DNA of 64,000 bases from Chiloscyllium plagiosum (taxonomy: Eukaryota), in assembly GCF_004010195.1 (NCBI RefSeq), contig NC_057754.1, positions 13,112,224-13,176,223 on the forward strand, given 5' to 3'. Shown piece after piece: positions 11,161 to 23,226 of this stretch. The notes beneath the pieces are model-generated. The model was given only the letters and a program-made list of their open reading frames with translations, had not been told where the DNA came from and did no database searches. Each line of letters begins with the position of its first letter. Position 1 is the first letter of the stretch. The position numbers and the translations under genes were made by a program.

Positions 11161-12269
11161 CTCACATAATCCTGTTTTTCAGACAATATCTGATTGTTGC
11201 TTGATTAGTCTGTGGGAAATATGCAAAAAGTCAATTTTACATTTTGTTTAGTGAAGAGTTAATATCACTTTATTTCTTACATATTTTAAAATAAACCAAA
11301 CATCATTGTTTTTCAGTTGAAAATAATTGAAGTGAACAATAATTGATTTACCAGAGCGCACACCTAACTATTACAGTTCAGTGACTGCAGTAAACAGCCA
11401 ATTCATGTTCAGATCAGTGAACACACCATCTTGCAGGCAGAAAAGCTGTTGAAAATGACTTTGATAAAAAAGCCTGAATTCAGACACAGTGTTACTGGCC
11501 CTCACCAAGACCTCCAAAACACTGGCCATCTCCAAAATCTGTCCAGAGAGCTTCCAAACTGGAGCTGGTCAGTTACTCACACAATCCTTCACAATAGACT
11601 GGTTAGAAATACGAGGTACACCTGAACAACGGGGAGATATGTGTGGTGCAGGCTGGTCAATGGACTAGCACATAGCGCTGGTCCAGACGCAGTTCAACAT
11701 TTGTAACTATGACCTCTAAACAACCATGTCTTGCAAGTATATCACTTCTGTGTACCTCCTAAACTCTGTAATTCTGCAACTTGCACTCGATCCTGAATGA
11801 AGGTGTTATAAAGGTGATGGGCTCCTACAGCACATAGCATCTTACATTGAATCCCTCATAAACGATATCCAGTGTATGTTAGCTCCACAATGTCAGTATC
11901 CAAACAGAATTGTGCAGTTCCATTGATGGACAGTATGATCCCAGCCCAACGTCCTTGTGTATGACTTGAGCTAGAAATTTCTGTTTACATGTTTGCAGCA
12001 TTGTTCTAACCATTAACAGCAAAGTGTCTTTACTGAAGGCCCGACATCCGTTCATAATACCAACTTTGAGATTGTCCAATATGCACAAAATCCACCCATT
12101 TATTCAGTTCACTTTTATAACAACAATATGATGAAAACAGTGCACAACGCACAGTGAGGAACATTGAAATGATGAATCTCATGCCCACACCCAAGACCAC
12201 ATTATTACTAAGTGCAAGAACTTAGAAAATATGCAATTAGTTTCCTTTGTATTAATGTTGTGAACTAAT

Positions 12270-12372
12270 AGTCGACTCTCCTGTTCCTCAGATGCTGCCT
12301 GAACGGCTGTGCTTTTTTGAGAACCACACTTTTGACTCTGATCTTCAGCATCTGCTGTCCTCACTTTCTCCT
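12270..12372 (+). mobile_element. Penelope-like terminal repeat fragment
   Basis: GTCGACTCTCCTG...GATGCTGCCTG...CAGCATCTGCTGTCCTCACTTTCTCC, the same terminus as 59090-59190 and the reverse of 63665-63765. Confidence 0.75.
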
Positions 12373-12839
12373 GGTAATATTCATTCATAATCATTTTTGT
12401 GGTAACAATTTCACTGTGTATTTTAACATGTTAGTCAGATATGAGTATATTTTGAATTGCTTATGTCTATCTCAGAGCTCAGATAATGTTGTGAGTGAAT
12501 GTCAATGTCTGTGTAATTCTCGGTATGTAGGCCATGCCTCTGTGGGACTGACATGTTATCCCTTCAGCTGTTCACAACAAGCAAGTTACGGACTGAACCC
12601 AACCAGCCTGAGCTCACAAAACCCAAAGCATAGTGTCCAGCATTGGGCATGTTTGGACAATATTTTTTCATTGTAATTTATTTATAGAATATGATTGGGC
12701 CAGTATTTATTGTCAGTCCCTTGTTGCTCTTGAAAATGTGGTGGTGAGCTGCCGCACTGAACCACTGCACTCCATGTGTTGTAGTTAGACTTCCAATACC
12801 ATTCGGGAGGGACCTTGAAACAGTGTCACTGAAGGAACA

Positions 12840-12996
12840 CGACCATAGCAACACGACGGTTGGAGGAAGAGCGCCTCATCTTCCGCCTAGGAACCCTCCA
12901 CTCATTCCTGAAGAAGGGCTTATGCCCGAAACGTCGATTCTCCTGTTCCCTGGATGCTGCCTGACCTGCTGCGCTATTCCAGCAACACATTTTCAC
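12840..12996 (+). mobile_element. Short Penelope-like insertion (GIY-YIG C-terminus plus terminal repeat) with 13-bp TSD
   Basis: CACTGAAGGAACA at 12827-12839 and 12997-13009. Encodes ATRRLEEERLIFRLGTL, homologous to the 45750-46020 endonuclease C-terminus. Confidence 0.85.
12904..12939 (+). ncRNA. Minimal type-I hammerhead ribozyme motif (PLE-associated)
   Basis: CTGAAGA (12908-12914), extra A, stem II GGGC-TTAT-GCCC, GAAA (12928-12931), then CGTC. Helix I is weak. Confidence 0.7.
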
Positions 12997-13454
12997 CACT
13001 GAAGGAACAGCAATATACTTCCCAATAAGGATGGTGGGTAACTTGGAACAGAACGCAAACATGGTGGGGGTCCCATGTATCTGCTTCCCTTGTCCCTCTT
13101 GATGGTCGGACTTCAGAGGTACGTTGTAAGGAACCTTGGTAAATTTCTGCAGAGCACCGTGTAGATGGCAGGATTTGCTGCTACTAAGTGTCAGTGGATG
13201 GAGGGGTGAAACTTCACTCACCCAGGGAAATAGGGGGTATTTTATCACAAAAATATTTAACATGTGTCTTATCGATGGGGGACAGGCTTTTGGAGATCAT
13301 GAAGTGAGTTATTTCTGCAGGATTCCTAGCCCCGGACATATTCTTGTGGCCAATTAATTTATATCCGTCAAAGTATGGTGCTGATAAAGCATAACAGGTC
13401 AGGCCGCATCTGAGGTACAGGAGAGTCGATGTTATAGCATAAGCCCTGCATAGT

Positions 13455-13878
13455 AGGACATGTCTTAGGAAGAAAGGTTGAGGGAGTGAGGGCTTTTCTC
13501 ACTGGAGCGAAGAAAGATGAGAGGTGACTTGATAGAGGTGTACAAGATGTTGAGAGACATAGACAGAGTGGATAGCCAGAACGTTTTCCCATGGCAGAAA
13601 TGACTATCACCAAGGGGCACAACTTTAAGGTGACTGGAGGAAGGGTTAGAGGAGATGTCAGGGGTAGGTTCCTTACACAGAGAGTGGTGGGTGGGCGGAA
13701 TGCACCGCCAGCTGTGGTAGACTAGGGATACACTAGGGATGTTTAAGAAGACTCTTAGATAGACACATGGAAGTTAGTGCATTGAAAGTCATGGAGGTTA
13801 GTCTCAGCTTAGAGTAGGATAAAAGGCTGTCGAAACATTGAGGGCTGAAGGGCTCTTATGTGCTGTACTGTTCTATGT
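13455..13878 (+). mobile_element. CR1 3' end
   Basis: LFSLE..R.RGDLIEVYK and FLTQRVVG motifs, ending in CTGTTCTATG. Confidence 0.85.
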
Positions 13879-14730
13879 GCCAATTTTCACTCAGTTTGTG
13901 GATTCTCATCAGTTGGTGAATGTTTGAGGGAGTGAGGTGTGGGAGGTAGTGAGGTGTGCAAGGGAGTAAGGTGTACCAGGGAGTGAGGTCAGGAAGCTGG
14001 GGAGGGGCGTTAGACCAAGACTTCCAGTTATGGTTTGCATTGTTATATTCACCTGAGTGTCAGCACAATATGCGTGGTTACCTAGACCAGAAAATATCCA
14101 CCAAGTCCAGTTATAAAAGTGATTCTTGGCTCGCTGTTTGCTCCTGGTTTCTTCAGATACATTCTGCTGGGTGGCCTATGAATTAGTATCTGACCATCCA
14201 CAGACATGTACAATTTTATTTTGGTACCGGTGAATGTAAAGGTTCATTTATTGGATATAGTTTCAGAGGGTTCACTGTGAGACTCAAGATGCTGCAGAAT
14301 TGTGAACGTTTCCACCCAGTATCTGGCCCAGGGGGCAGATATATGGAGTCTGGGGGACAAGCCAGATGTCATCACCATAAGTAACATGTGTGGTGTGATT
14401 CTCACACTCCATGTCCATACATCAGCTCCCTGGGCCAGGCTCTGACTGAGGATGAAATTGTAACATCTGGTTCTTGATCAGTCATTGGTATCTAATTTGG
14501 AAAGCATTTGTACCTACACTGAGAGCAGCGATAGCCTGTTGGCTAGTTGCCTCCTGTCCAAATTGCGTTTCGAAAAGATCTCTGTGAGGGAATGTTTGAA
14601 TGACTGCCCTGACCCTTGTTGGAAACTCTCTGGACAGATTCAGGAGCAGGCCAGTATCTCACTCAGTGCCACGGGCAGCTGTAAGATCCAGTAGCACTGT
14701 ACCCGAATTCAGGCCTTTTGGAATTCACTT

Positions 14731-15177
14731 TTCTTTTGTGATCAATCCCCTGTTATTTTTTTTTCTTTCTTCTTCTTTTTTTTATATTAACCCCACTCTA
14801 CCGCCTAACCGTGGTAGTGCTTATTTTTTACCCCAGCACCCATGGTGTGTGTGTGTGTAGGTGTGAGACACAGTGAGAGACACAAAGTGCACGAATCCTT
14901 ATTCAATTTCCACCACCAGGAAGATAGGAAAACACCCGGGCAGTGCTGTGTGATCAAAACAGTGAAGGGGAGGGTAGGGACTAAATCAAAATAAAGTTGG
15001 AGGGGGAAATAATGCACTCCACTCCCTGCGGCGCTCACCTCTCCCTGAACGACTCCAGGGTGTTGGTGGACACCGCGTGCTCCTTCTCCAAATACACCCG
15101 GGCCCTAACGAAACCACGGAAGAACGGCAGGCAATCGGCCCTAACGACACCCTCCACGGCCCGCTGCCTTGACTGTT
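14731..15177 (-). mobile_element. 5'-truncated Tx1-clade (L1 group) LINE 3' end
   Basis: ORF2 C-terminus SRQRAVEGVVRADCLPFFRGFVRARVYLEKEHAVSTNTLESFRER*APQGVECIISPSNFILI* (stop at 14981). Has a 3' UTR and A-rich tail and is flanked by the TTGGAATTCACTT duplication. Confidence 0.8.
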
Positions 15178-15188
15178 GGAATTCACTT

Positions 15189-15636
15189 TTATTTTTTTTT
15201 ATTAAACAAATTACAAAACAGTTTACAAAAAACATTGACAGCTGTACACAAAAGACAGCAGTTTTACAAGGGAGAGGAGCAGCAAAGCTAGGCCCCGAAC
15301 CCTACCGTTCAACCATTTTACAGGGAGAGGAGGACAAACCTCAAATTCCAGTTCCACATATGACAAGACAGTGACAATGACATTTGTACATTAGACAATA
15401 CCGTTACATACAAAAGTGCAGACAATACAGACCCAGCAAGCCCCCGCACCTCCCACCTTCCGACCACTCTAAGGCAGCCCGCCCCTACCCACCTTCCGGT
15501 TCTCGGTCCACCCCATGCCCCTTCCAGTTCTCGGTCCGCCCTGACACACCTTTTGACCACCTCTAGGACAGCCCGCCCAGGGTGACAGCAGTCAGGACGG
15601 CCTACCCACCTTCCGGCTTCACTAACCACCCTCAGC
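15189..15636 (-). mobile_element. 5'-truncated poly(A) retroelement 3' UTR (probably another L1/Tx1 family)
   Basis: Minus-strand G/T-rich sequence ending in AATAAAAAAAAATAAAA, flanked by GGAATTCACTT at 15178 and 15637. Confidence 0.65.
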
Positions 15637-16114
15637 GGAATTCACTTATAATCTCGGTCATGATGCAAAGTGATTGGTTTACTGAACTGAACAATGATCA
15701 GGAGTTTGTCATGTTTGTGAATTGGGCAATAATAAGATATGAGCTATAATTATTCAACTGAACAATAACTGCACCATCCCAGAAAACAATTAAGTTGATT
15801 CTACAATGATGAAATTAAATTTTAAACACTAAACAACCTTTTATGATACAAAAGTAAAGAATGCACATTTTGTTTTGTATCGAAAAAGAACATGTTGTCT
15901 GACTATTTTGCTGATCACAATTACACATTGAATCTCAGTATTCAAATGCATACATTGTTGCTCTATCATTTGCAAAGTGGTTGACCTCAGACTAATTGCA
16001 TATTCAGAGTGAGCAAATGATTGAACAATCAAATCGATTTATCATTTTTTCACATTTAAATATCATCAATCGATTTAATTTCTCACTGAAATGTGTGAGC
16101 TTCAGCTATTTGCC

Positions 16115-18348
16115 AACAATTCTATTAGTTTTAAAATAACAATGGAAAAGGATAGACCAGAACTTAAAGTTGAAGTTCTAAATTGGAGAAAAGGCAATTT
16201 TGATGTTATTAGGCAAGAACTTTCAAAAGCTGATGGCGGCAGATATTCGCAGGGAAAGGGATGGCTGGAAAATGGAAAGCGTACAGAAATGAGATAACGA
16301 TAGTCTTGAGACAGTCTATTCTTGTTAGGGTGAAAGGAAAGGCTGGTAGGTATAGAGAGAGTTGAATGAATAAAGAAATTGTGGGCCAATTAAGGAAAAG
16401 AAGGAAGCATATGTCAGGTACAGGGGCAGGATAGATCGAGTGAATCCTTAGAAGAGTATAACTGCAGGAGGATTATACTAAAGAGGGAAATCAGGAAGGC
16501 AAAATGCGACATGAGATAGCTTTGGCAAATGGAGTTACGGAGAATCCAAAAGGATGTTACAAATACATTGAGGACAAAAGGTAAATAGGGAGAGAATAGA
16601 GCCCTCAAAGATCAGCAAGGTGCCTTTGTGTGGAGTCGCAGGAGATGGGGGAGATACTAAACGAGTATTTTGTATCAGTGGTTACTCAGGATAAAGACTT
16701 GGGAGATGCAGATATACAGAGAAATAGATGGTGACATCTTGAAAAATACCCTTATTACAGAGGAGGAAGGGCTGATGTCTTGAAACGCATAAAAGTGGAT
16801 AAATCCCCAGGACCTGATCGATCAGGTTTACCCTACAACTCTGTGGGAAGCTAGGGAAGTGATTGCTAGGCCTCTTACTGAGATACCTGTACCATTGATA
16901 GTCACAGGTGAGGTAGCAGAAGAGTGGAGGTTGGCGAAAGTGGTGCCACTGTTTAAGAAAGGTGGTAAGGACAGGCCAGGGAACTATAGACCAGTGAGCC
17001 TGACGTCAGCGGAGGGCACGTTGTTGGAGGGAATCCTAAGGGACAGGTTGTACATTTACTTGGAAAGGCAAGGACTGATTAGGGAGAGTCAATATGGCTT
17101 TGTGCATGGGAAATCATGTCTCACAAACCTGATTGAGTTTTTTGCATAAGTAACAAAGAGGACTGATGAGAGCAGAGCAGTGGATGTGATCTATATGGAC
17201 TTCAGTAAGGCATGCGATAAGGTTCCCCATGGGAGACTGGTTAGCAAGGTTAGATCTCGTGGAATACAAGGAGACCTAGCCATTTGTATACAGAACTGGC
17301 TAAAAGTAGAAGACGGGGGTGGTGACATGTGACCAGTGGAGTGTCACAAGAATCGGTGCTGAGTCCACTACTTTTAGTCATTCATATAAATGATTTGCAT
17401 GTGAGTATAAGAGGTATAATTAGGAAATTTGCTGATAACACCCAAATTGGAGGTGTAGTGGACAGCGAAGAAGGTTACCTCAGATTGCAAGAGGATCTTG
17501 ATCAGATGGCCCAATGGGCTGAGGAGGGGTAGATGGAGTTTAATTTCGGTAAATGCGAGATGCTGCATTTTGGGGAAGCAAATCTTAGCAGGACTAATAC
17601 TCTTAATATTGAGGTCCAAGGGCGTGATGCTGAACAAAGAGAACTTGGAGTGCAGTTTCATTGTTCCTTAAAAGTAGAGTCACAAATAGATAAGACTTTG
17701 AAGAAGGCATTTGGTATGCTTTTCTTAATTGTTCAGAGCATTCACTCCAGTTATTGGATGGTTGTGTTGCGGCTGTACAGGAAGTTGGTTAGGTCACTTT
17801 TGGAATATTGTGTGGGATTCTGGTCTCCTTCCTATCCGTAGGATGTTGCCAAACTTGAAAGGGTTTGAAAAGATTTACAACGATGTTGCCAAGGTTGGAG
17901 TGTTTGAGCTATAGGTGGAGGTTGAATAGGCTGGGGACATTTTCCCTGGAATATCGGAGGCTGAGGGGTGACCTGAAAGAGGTTTATAACATCATGAGGG
18001 GCATGAGTGGGGAAATAGACAAGGTATTTTCCCGGTGTGGGGCGTCCAGAACTAGAGGGCATAGGTTTAGGTTGGGAAGGAAAAATATAAAAGTGACGTA
18101 AGGGGCAACGTTTTCACACACAGGGTGGTATGTGTATGGAATTAACTGCCAGAGCAAGTGGTGAAGGTTGGTAAAATCGCAACATTTCGATGGCGTCTGG
18201 ATGGGTATATGAATATAAAGTGTTCAGAGGGATATGGGCTGAGTGCTGGCAGTTGGGACTAGATTGGGTTGGGATATCTGGTCGGCATGGATGCATTGGA
18301 CAGAAGGGTCTGTTTCCATGCTGTACATCTCTATGACTCTGTGACTGT
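16115..18348 (+). mobile_element. 5'-truncated CR1 LINE, decayed ORF2
   Basis: VLNWRKGNF, NYRPVSLTS, SCLTNLIEFF, KFADN and LEYCVGFWSP motifs, with a CTCTATGACTCTGTGAC tail. Confidence 0.95.
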
Positions 18349-18458
18349 AATTTAGCAATGACAATAATTTGACATGCAGTGTCAAATAAATAAATGTTTC
18401 ATATTATTAAATTGTAGCATACAATAAGTTGAAAACTTGCAATTTTTAGGATGAATGA

Positions 18459-20110
18459 TAAAGAACAAAGAACATTCCAACACAGGAAAAGACCCTTCGG
18501 CCCTCCAAGCCTGCGCTGATCCAGATCCCCATGTTCTAAACTTGCCACCTATTTTCTAAGGGTTTGTATCCCTCTGCTCTCAACCCATTCATGTACCTGG
18601 CAGATACATCTTAGATGACACGATCGTTCCTGCCCCTACCACCTCCACTGGCAACACGTTCCAGGCTGACACCACGCAATGTGGAAAGAACTTCCCACAG
18701 TAATCCCTCAGGCCCGAAAACTTTCCCCTCTCACTTGACTAGGGCTCATGAGTTCACAATCTGGGGGAATAGGTTCTTGGTATCCACCCTGTCTATATCT
18801 CTCTTGCTTTTGTAGACCTCAATCAGGTCCCCCCCACCTTTGTCTTTATAATTAAAATAATCCTAAACTATCCAACCTCTTTCCATAACCAGTACCTTCC
18901 ATCCTAGGCAGCACCCTGGTGAAACTACTCTGCACTCTATTCAACACATCCACATCCTTTTGGTAAAGAGGTGACCAGAACTATATGCAGTATTCCAAAT
19001 GCAGCCAAACCAAAATCCTATGCAACCGTAACACGACCTGCCAACGCTTGTACTCAACACCTGATCCAATGAAGGAAAGCATGCTGTATGCCTTATTGAC
19101 CACTTTACTGACCTGCATTGCCACCTTCAGGAAACAATGAACCTGAACACCCAGATCTCTCTGTACGTCAATTTTCCCCATACGTCAATTGAATGCATAG
19201 TTCGCTCTAGAATTGGATCCTCCAAAATGCATCACCTGCCTTTTTCACAGATTGATCTCCATCTGCCCATTTCTCCGATCTATCTATATTCTGCTGAATT
19301 CTCTGACAGTCCTCTTCACTATCTGCTATTCTAACAATCTTGGTGTCATCTGCAAACATGCTAAACAGGCAAACGTTGCCTTCTTCCAAATCATCGCTAT
19401 ATATCACAAACAACAGTGGTCCCAGCACGGATCGCTTTTGTACACACTGGTCATAGATCACCATTTTGAGAAATCCCCTTCCACTACTACTCTCTGTCTC
19501 ATGTTGCCCAGCCAGTTTTCTATCCATCTCAACAAAACACTCTGGACCCCACTCTGGACTTCACCTTCTACATCAGCCGACCATGGGAACCTAATAAAAC
19601 GCCTGACTCAAGTCCCTCACTGTCTCCTCCAGCAGCTTCCCTAAACTGATGTCAGACTCGTCGGTCTATAATTACCTGGATTATCTCCGCTACCCTTCTG
19701 AAACAAGGGGACAACATTAGCAATTCTCCAGTCCTTCGGGACCTCACCAATGTTCGAGGATCCTGCAAATATATAAGTTAAAGCCCCACTTATTTCCACT
19801 CTCAATTCCCTTAGTAATATGTGGTAGATCCCATCCAGACCTGGGGACTTGGTCTACATTAATACCTTTTTAGAATATACAAAACCTCCTCCCTCTTTAT
19901 GTCGACTTGACCCAGAGTACTCAAATATCTATCCTTAACCTCAACATCCGTCATGTCCCTTTCCTCGGTGAATACAGATGCAAAGTACTCGTTAAGAATC
20001 ACACCCATTTTCTCTGACTCCATGCAGAGCTTTCTTCCTTTGTCCTTGTGTGGGCCAAACAGTTCTCTAGTTACCCTCTTGCTCCTTATATATGAAAACA
20101 ATGGTTTTGG
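18459..20110 (-). mobile_element. CR1 LINE, decayed ORF2 with internal deletion
   Basis: (TTCTTTG)n tail at 18459-18475; SVLGPLLFVIY, MFADDTKI and LNEYFASVF motifs on the minus strand. Confidence 0.9.
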
Positions 20111-20159
20111 TATTAATTGACTCAATTAATCATCTCGACAATGATATCTTCGAATAAAG

Positions 20160-20605
20160 GTTAATGTAGTGCATGAGAGACTATTTCTGAGAGCAGGATG
20201 TCATGGAACCTAGCAGAATGGGCTAATTTTGATTCATATTATGTAACAAGGAAGGATTGGTGGATGAGCTTTGCCTTGGAAAGAGTAACCACAACATGCT
20301 GGACTTTCACATACAGATTGAAAGAGTGAAGACTGAGTCACACATGAGAGTTTTAGTGTTAGGCAATGATAATTATACTGGCCTAAGGAAGGACTTGGCC
20401 TGGGTGGACTGAGGGGAGAAAAGAACAGTCAAAGACAGGACAGCTAAAGAAATTTGGTAAACAATTAGGAAGATAATAAAAACCGAAGAGGAATTGCATA
20501 ACGGAGAAAAATCATTCATATGTTGATAACGAAGTCAAAGATAACATGAAGGCAAATCACAGGGCATATCATACTGCACAAGTTAGTCGCACTGTGGAGA
20601 TTGGG
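20160..20605 (+). mobile_element. Old CR1 EN/linker fragment
   Basis: GAAAGAGTAACCACAACAT (SDH-type motif). Similar to 39970-40380. Confidence 0.7.
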
Positions 20606-20606
20606 C

Positions 20607-20780
20607 AAGTCAGTGGCCTCATGGTATTATCATTGAATTCTTATGTGATAAACCCGCAAATGGCGAAGCTTGACTTCAAATCTGGAATTAAGCAACTGAT
20701 GGTGGTTATGAATCGATTGCCAAGAAAAACTCACCTGGTTCACTAATGTCCTTTCGGGAAGGAAAATGCCATTCTACCAT
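20607..20780 (+). mobile_element. tRNA-derived SINE fragment (second family)
   Basis: AAATCTGGAATTAA...CCTGGTTCACTAATGTCCTTT core shared with 40385-40715. Confidence 0.65.
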
Positions 20781-20784
20781 AGAT

Positions 20785-22450
20785 TCGCCACTCTCAGACT
20801 GAAGGCATTTCTCCTTATTTCCGTTCTAAAAGATATTCTCTTGACTCTCAGGCTATGTCCTTGAGTTCTTTCTCTCATAACAGTGGAAGCATCTTCCCAA
20901 CATCTACTCTGACCAGGCAACCATTATTCTGCATGCTTTAATTAGATCCTCCTTCATCCTTATAAACTCCAGCGAGTATAGACCCAGAGACCTCATTTGT
21001 TAAGATGTTCATTCCTAGGACCATTCTTGTGAAGCTCCTCTGAACACGCTCAGGGGTGGTACATCCTTCCTTAGTTATGGGGCACAAAATGGTGCACAAT
21101 ACTCCAATGTGGTCTGACCGGAGTCTTATCGAGCCTCAGAAATCCATCCCTGCTATAATATTCAAGTCCTCTCAAAATAAATGCCATCACAGTATTTGCC
21201 ATTCTGACCGGGCGGGCCACCTGAAAGAATAATCTTACGATGGACAATAATAAATTTACCATGGAGTTTCAAAAATGAACAACGATTAATGCATGCTGGG
21301 AAATGGATCCCAGCCTTGACTAAAGTCTCTGTGATAATCCGCATGCTGCGGAATCCAGACAGGCTGCAGCTACCCACAGATGGTTTGCAAACATACCTGA
21401 CAGCTCTAGACCCTGTAATACTCACCTGAAGTTGGACAATGGAATGTTGCCCCTTGAGGCAAACCATGATTGAGTCTGATTGATCAGGGTAAATGAATCT
21501 GATTATTCCATTGACAGATCCTCCTTACCTTCCCAAGAGGGCATGAAGACTTGGAAGGATAAGAATCACCACAAAACCCCACACAGTACAGTAACTCGAG
21601 AATAACCAGAGAAAGAGAAGAGACCTCCAAGATCATCAGAAGAACAAGAAGACATCACCAAGTCGAGCCCTGTCAACTTCTAATGGGGTGGTTTGTGATC
21701 ATCCAAAGTTAAGTTAAAGCATAAGATAATTTGTTCCGTTTATCATTGCGTTAAAATACGTGTTATTGTTCTAATATTAATTGTGTTCAAGAAACAAGTA
21801 TTATTTTTAAGAGTTAACTCAGTTATTTTGCTGAATATAAGATTTCAAACACACTGTGCACCAGATACAATACCTTCCTAATTGTTGACTCAACCTGCAA
21901 GTTTATCTGGAGACAATCCTGGACTGGAACTCACAACTCTCTTTGCCCTTCAGACTTCTGATTTTTCTCTCCACTTATAAATTAGTCCATGCCTGTCTAC
22001 TTTCTACTAATGTGTATCACCTCGCACTTTCCCAATTTGTACTCCATCTGCCACTTCTTTGCCCACTGTCTTAATAGTTATTCAGTTTCTCATCTATTAT
22101 TTTTTCCACACGACTATCTTTCCAGCGTAATTTTCCAGTGCCTCAATATCTACTTCTGCTTCTCTTTTGCCCTTTATATGTCTAAAGAAACTCTTAAAGT
22201 TTTCCTTTATATCACTGGATAGCTTAACCACATATTTAATCTTCTCCGTCCTTATTACTTATTTTGTTGCCATCTGTTCGTCTTTGAAAGCTTCCAAATC
22301 TTCTGGTTTCCCACTACCATTTGCTATGTTATCTGCTTTCTATTTTTCTTTTACCCTAGCCATGGCCGCCCCAGTCATCCATGGTTGCCTCCTCCTCGCT
22401 GTACAAGGCATCTTTTCCATCGGGATAAATCTCTGCTGTGACTCCTAAAT
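20785..22450 (-). mobile_element. CR1 fragments interrupted by a candidate solo LTR
   Basis: Minus-strand MAFILRGLEYYSRD and decayed RT C-terminal sequence on both sides of 21222-21847. Confidence 0.7.
21222..21847 (+). mobile_element. Candidate solo LTR
   Basis: Non-CR1 626-bp block bounded by the inverted ends TGAAAG...ATTTCA. No clean TSD seen. Confidence 0.4.
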
Positions 22451-22950
22451 NNNNNNNNNNNNNNNNNNNNNNNNNNNNNNNNNNNNNNNNNNNNNNNNNN
22501 NNNNNNNNNNNNNNNNNNNNNNNNNNNNNNNNNNNNNNNNNNNNNNNNNNNNNNNNNNNNNNNNNNNNNNNNNNNNNNNNNNNNNNNNNNNNNNNNNNNN
22601 NNNNNNNNNNNNNNNNNNNNNNNNNNNNNNNNNNNNNNNNNNNNNNNNNNNNNNNNNNNNNNNNNNNNNNNNNNNNNNNNNNNNNNNNNNNNNNNNNNNN
22701 NNNNNNNNNNNNNNNNNNNNNNNNNNNNNNNNNNNNNNNNNNNNNNNNNNNNNNNNNNNNNNNNNNNNNNNNNNNNNNNNNNNNNNNNNNNNNNNNNNNN
22801 NNNNNNNNNNNNNNNNNNNNNNNNNNNNNNNNNNNNNNNNNNNNNNNNNNNNNNNNNNNNNNNNNNNNNNNNNNNNNNNNNNNNNNNNNNNNNNNNNNNN
22901 NNNNNNNNNNNNNNNNNNNNNNNNNNNNNNNNNNNNNNNNNNNNNNNNNN
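22451..22950. other. Assembly gap (500 N)
   Basis: Run of N. Confidence 1.
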
Positions 22951-23094
22951 TTGTATATTAATCAATCAAAACCTGCACTTCCATTCTAAGTCATTAAGGA
23001 TTGAAGAGCCAACTTAGGTGCGTACCATTCGTGCGCATCAGTTGAACAATCCTTTGATGTTTTCCTTATACCATCTGTGTTTAAGGTCTTCCTC

Positions 23095-23226
23095 TCTCTC
23101 TAACACCTAATGAAGGATCAGCGCAATGGAAGCTTGTGTTTTCAAATAAATCTGTTGGACTCTAACCTACTGGCATGTGAATTTTGACCTTGTCCAACCT
23201 AGTCCAAAACCAACGGATCCATATCG
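23095..23226 (+). mobile_element. Penelope-like terminus (another family) with a degenerate hammerhead
   Basis: ACAC-CTAATGA-AGGATCAGCGCAATG-GAAGCTT-GTGT, followed by AATAAATCTGTTGGACTCTAACC. Confidence 0.5.

Larger units (their letters stand above)
12675..13350 (-). mobile_element. 3' end of an L2-like LINE, host of a Penelope-like insertion
   Basis: Plus GGCCAGTATTTATTGTC... is the reverse of the GGGCAATAAATGCTGGCC-type tail also seen, decayed, in the SINE at 40385-40715. Confidence 0.65.

Noticed and set aside
14712..14721. GGCCTTTTGG match to the 5' part of U2 snRNA beside the Tx1 target site
   Set aside because: Only 10 nt match and the flanks do not follow U2, so there is no support for a Keno-type U2 target.
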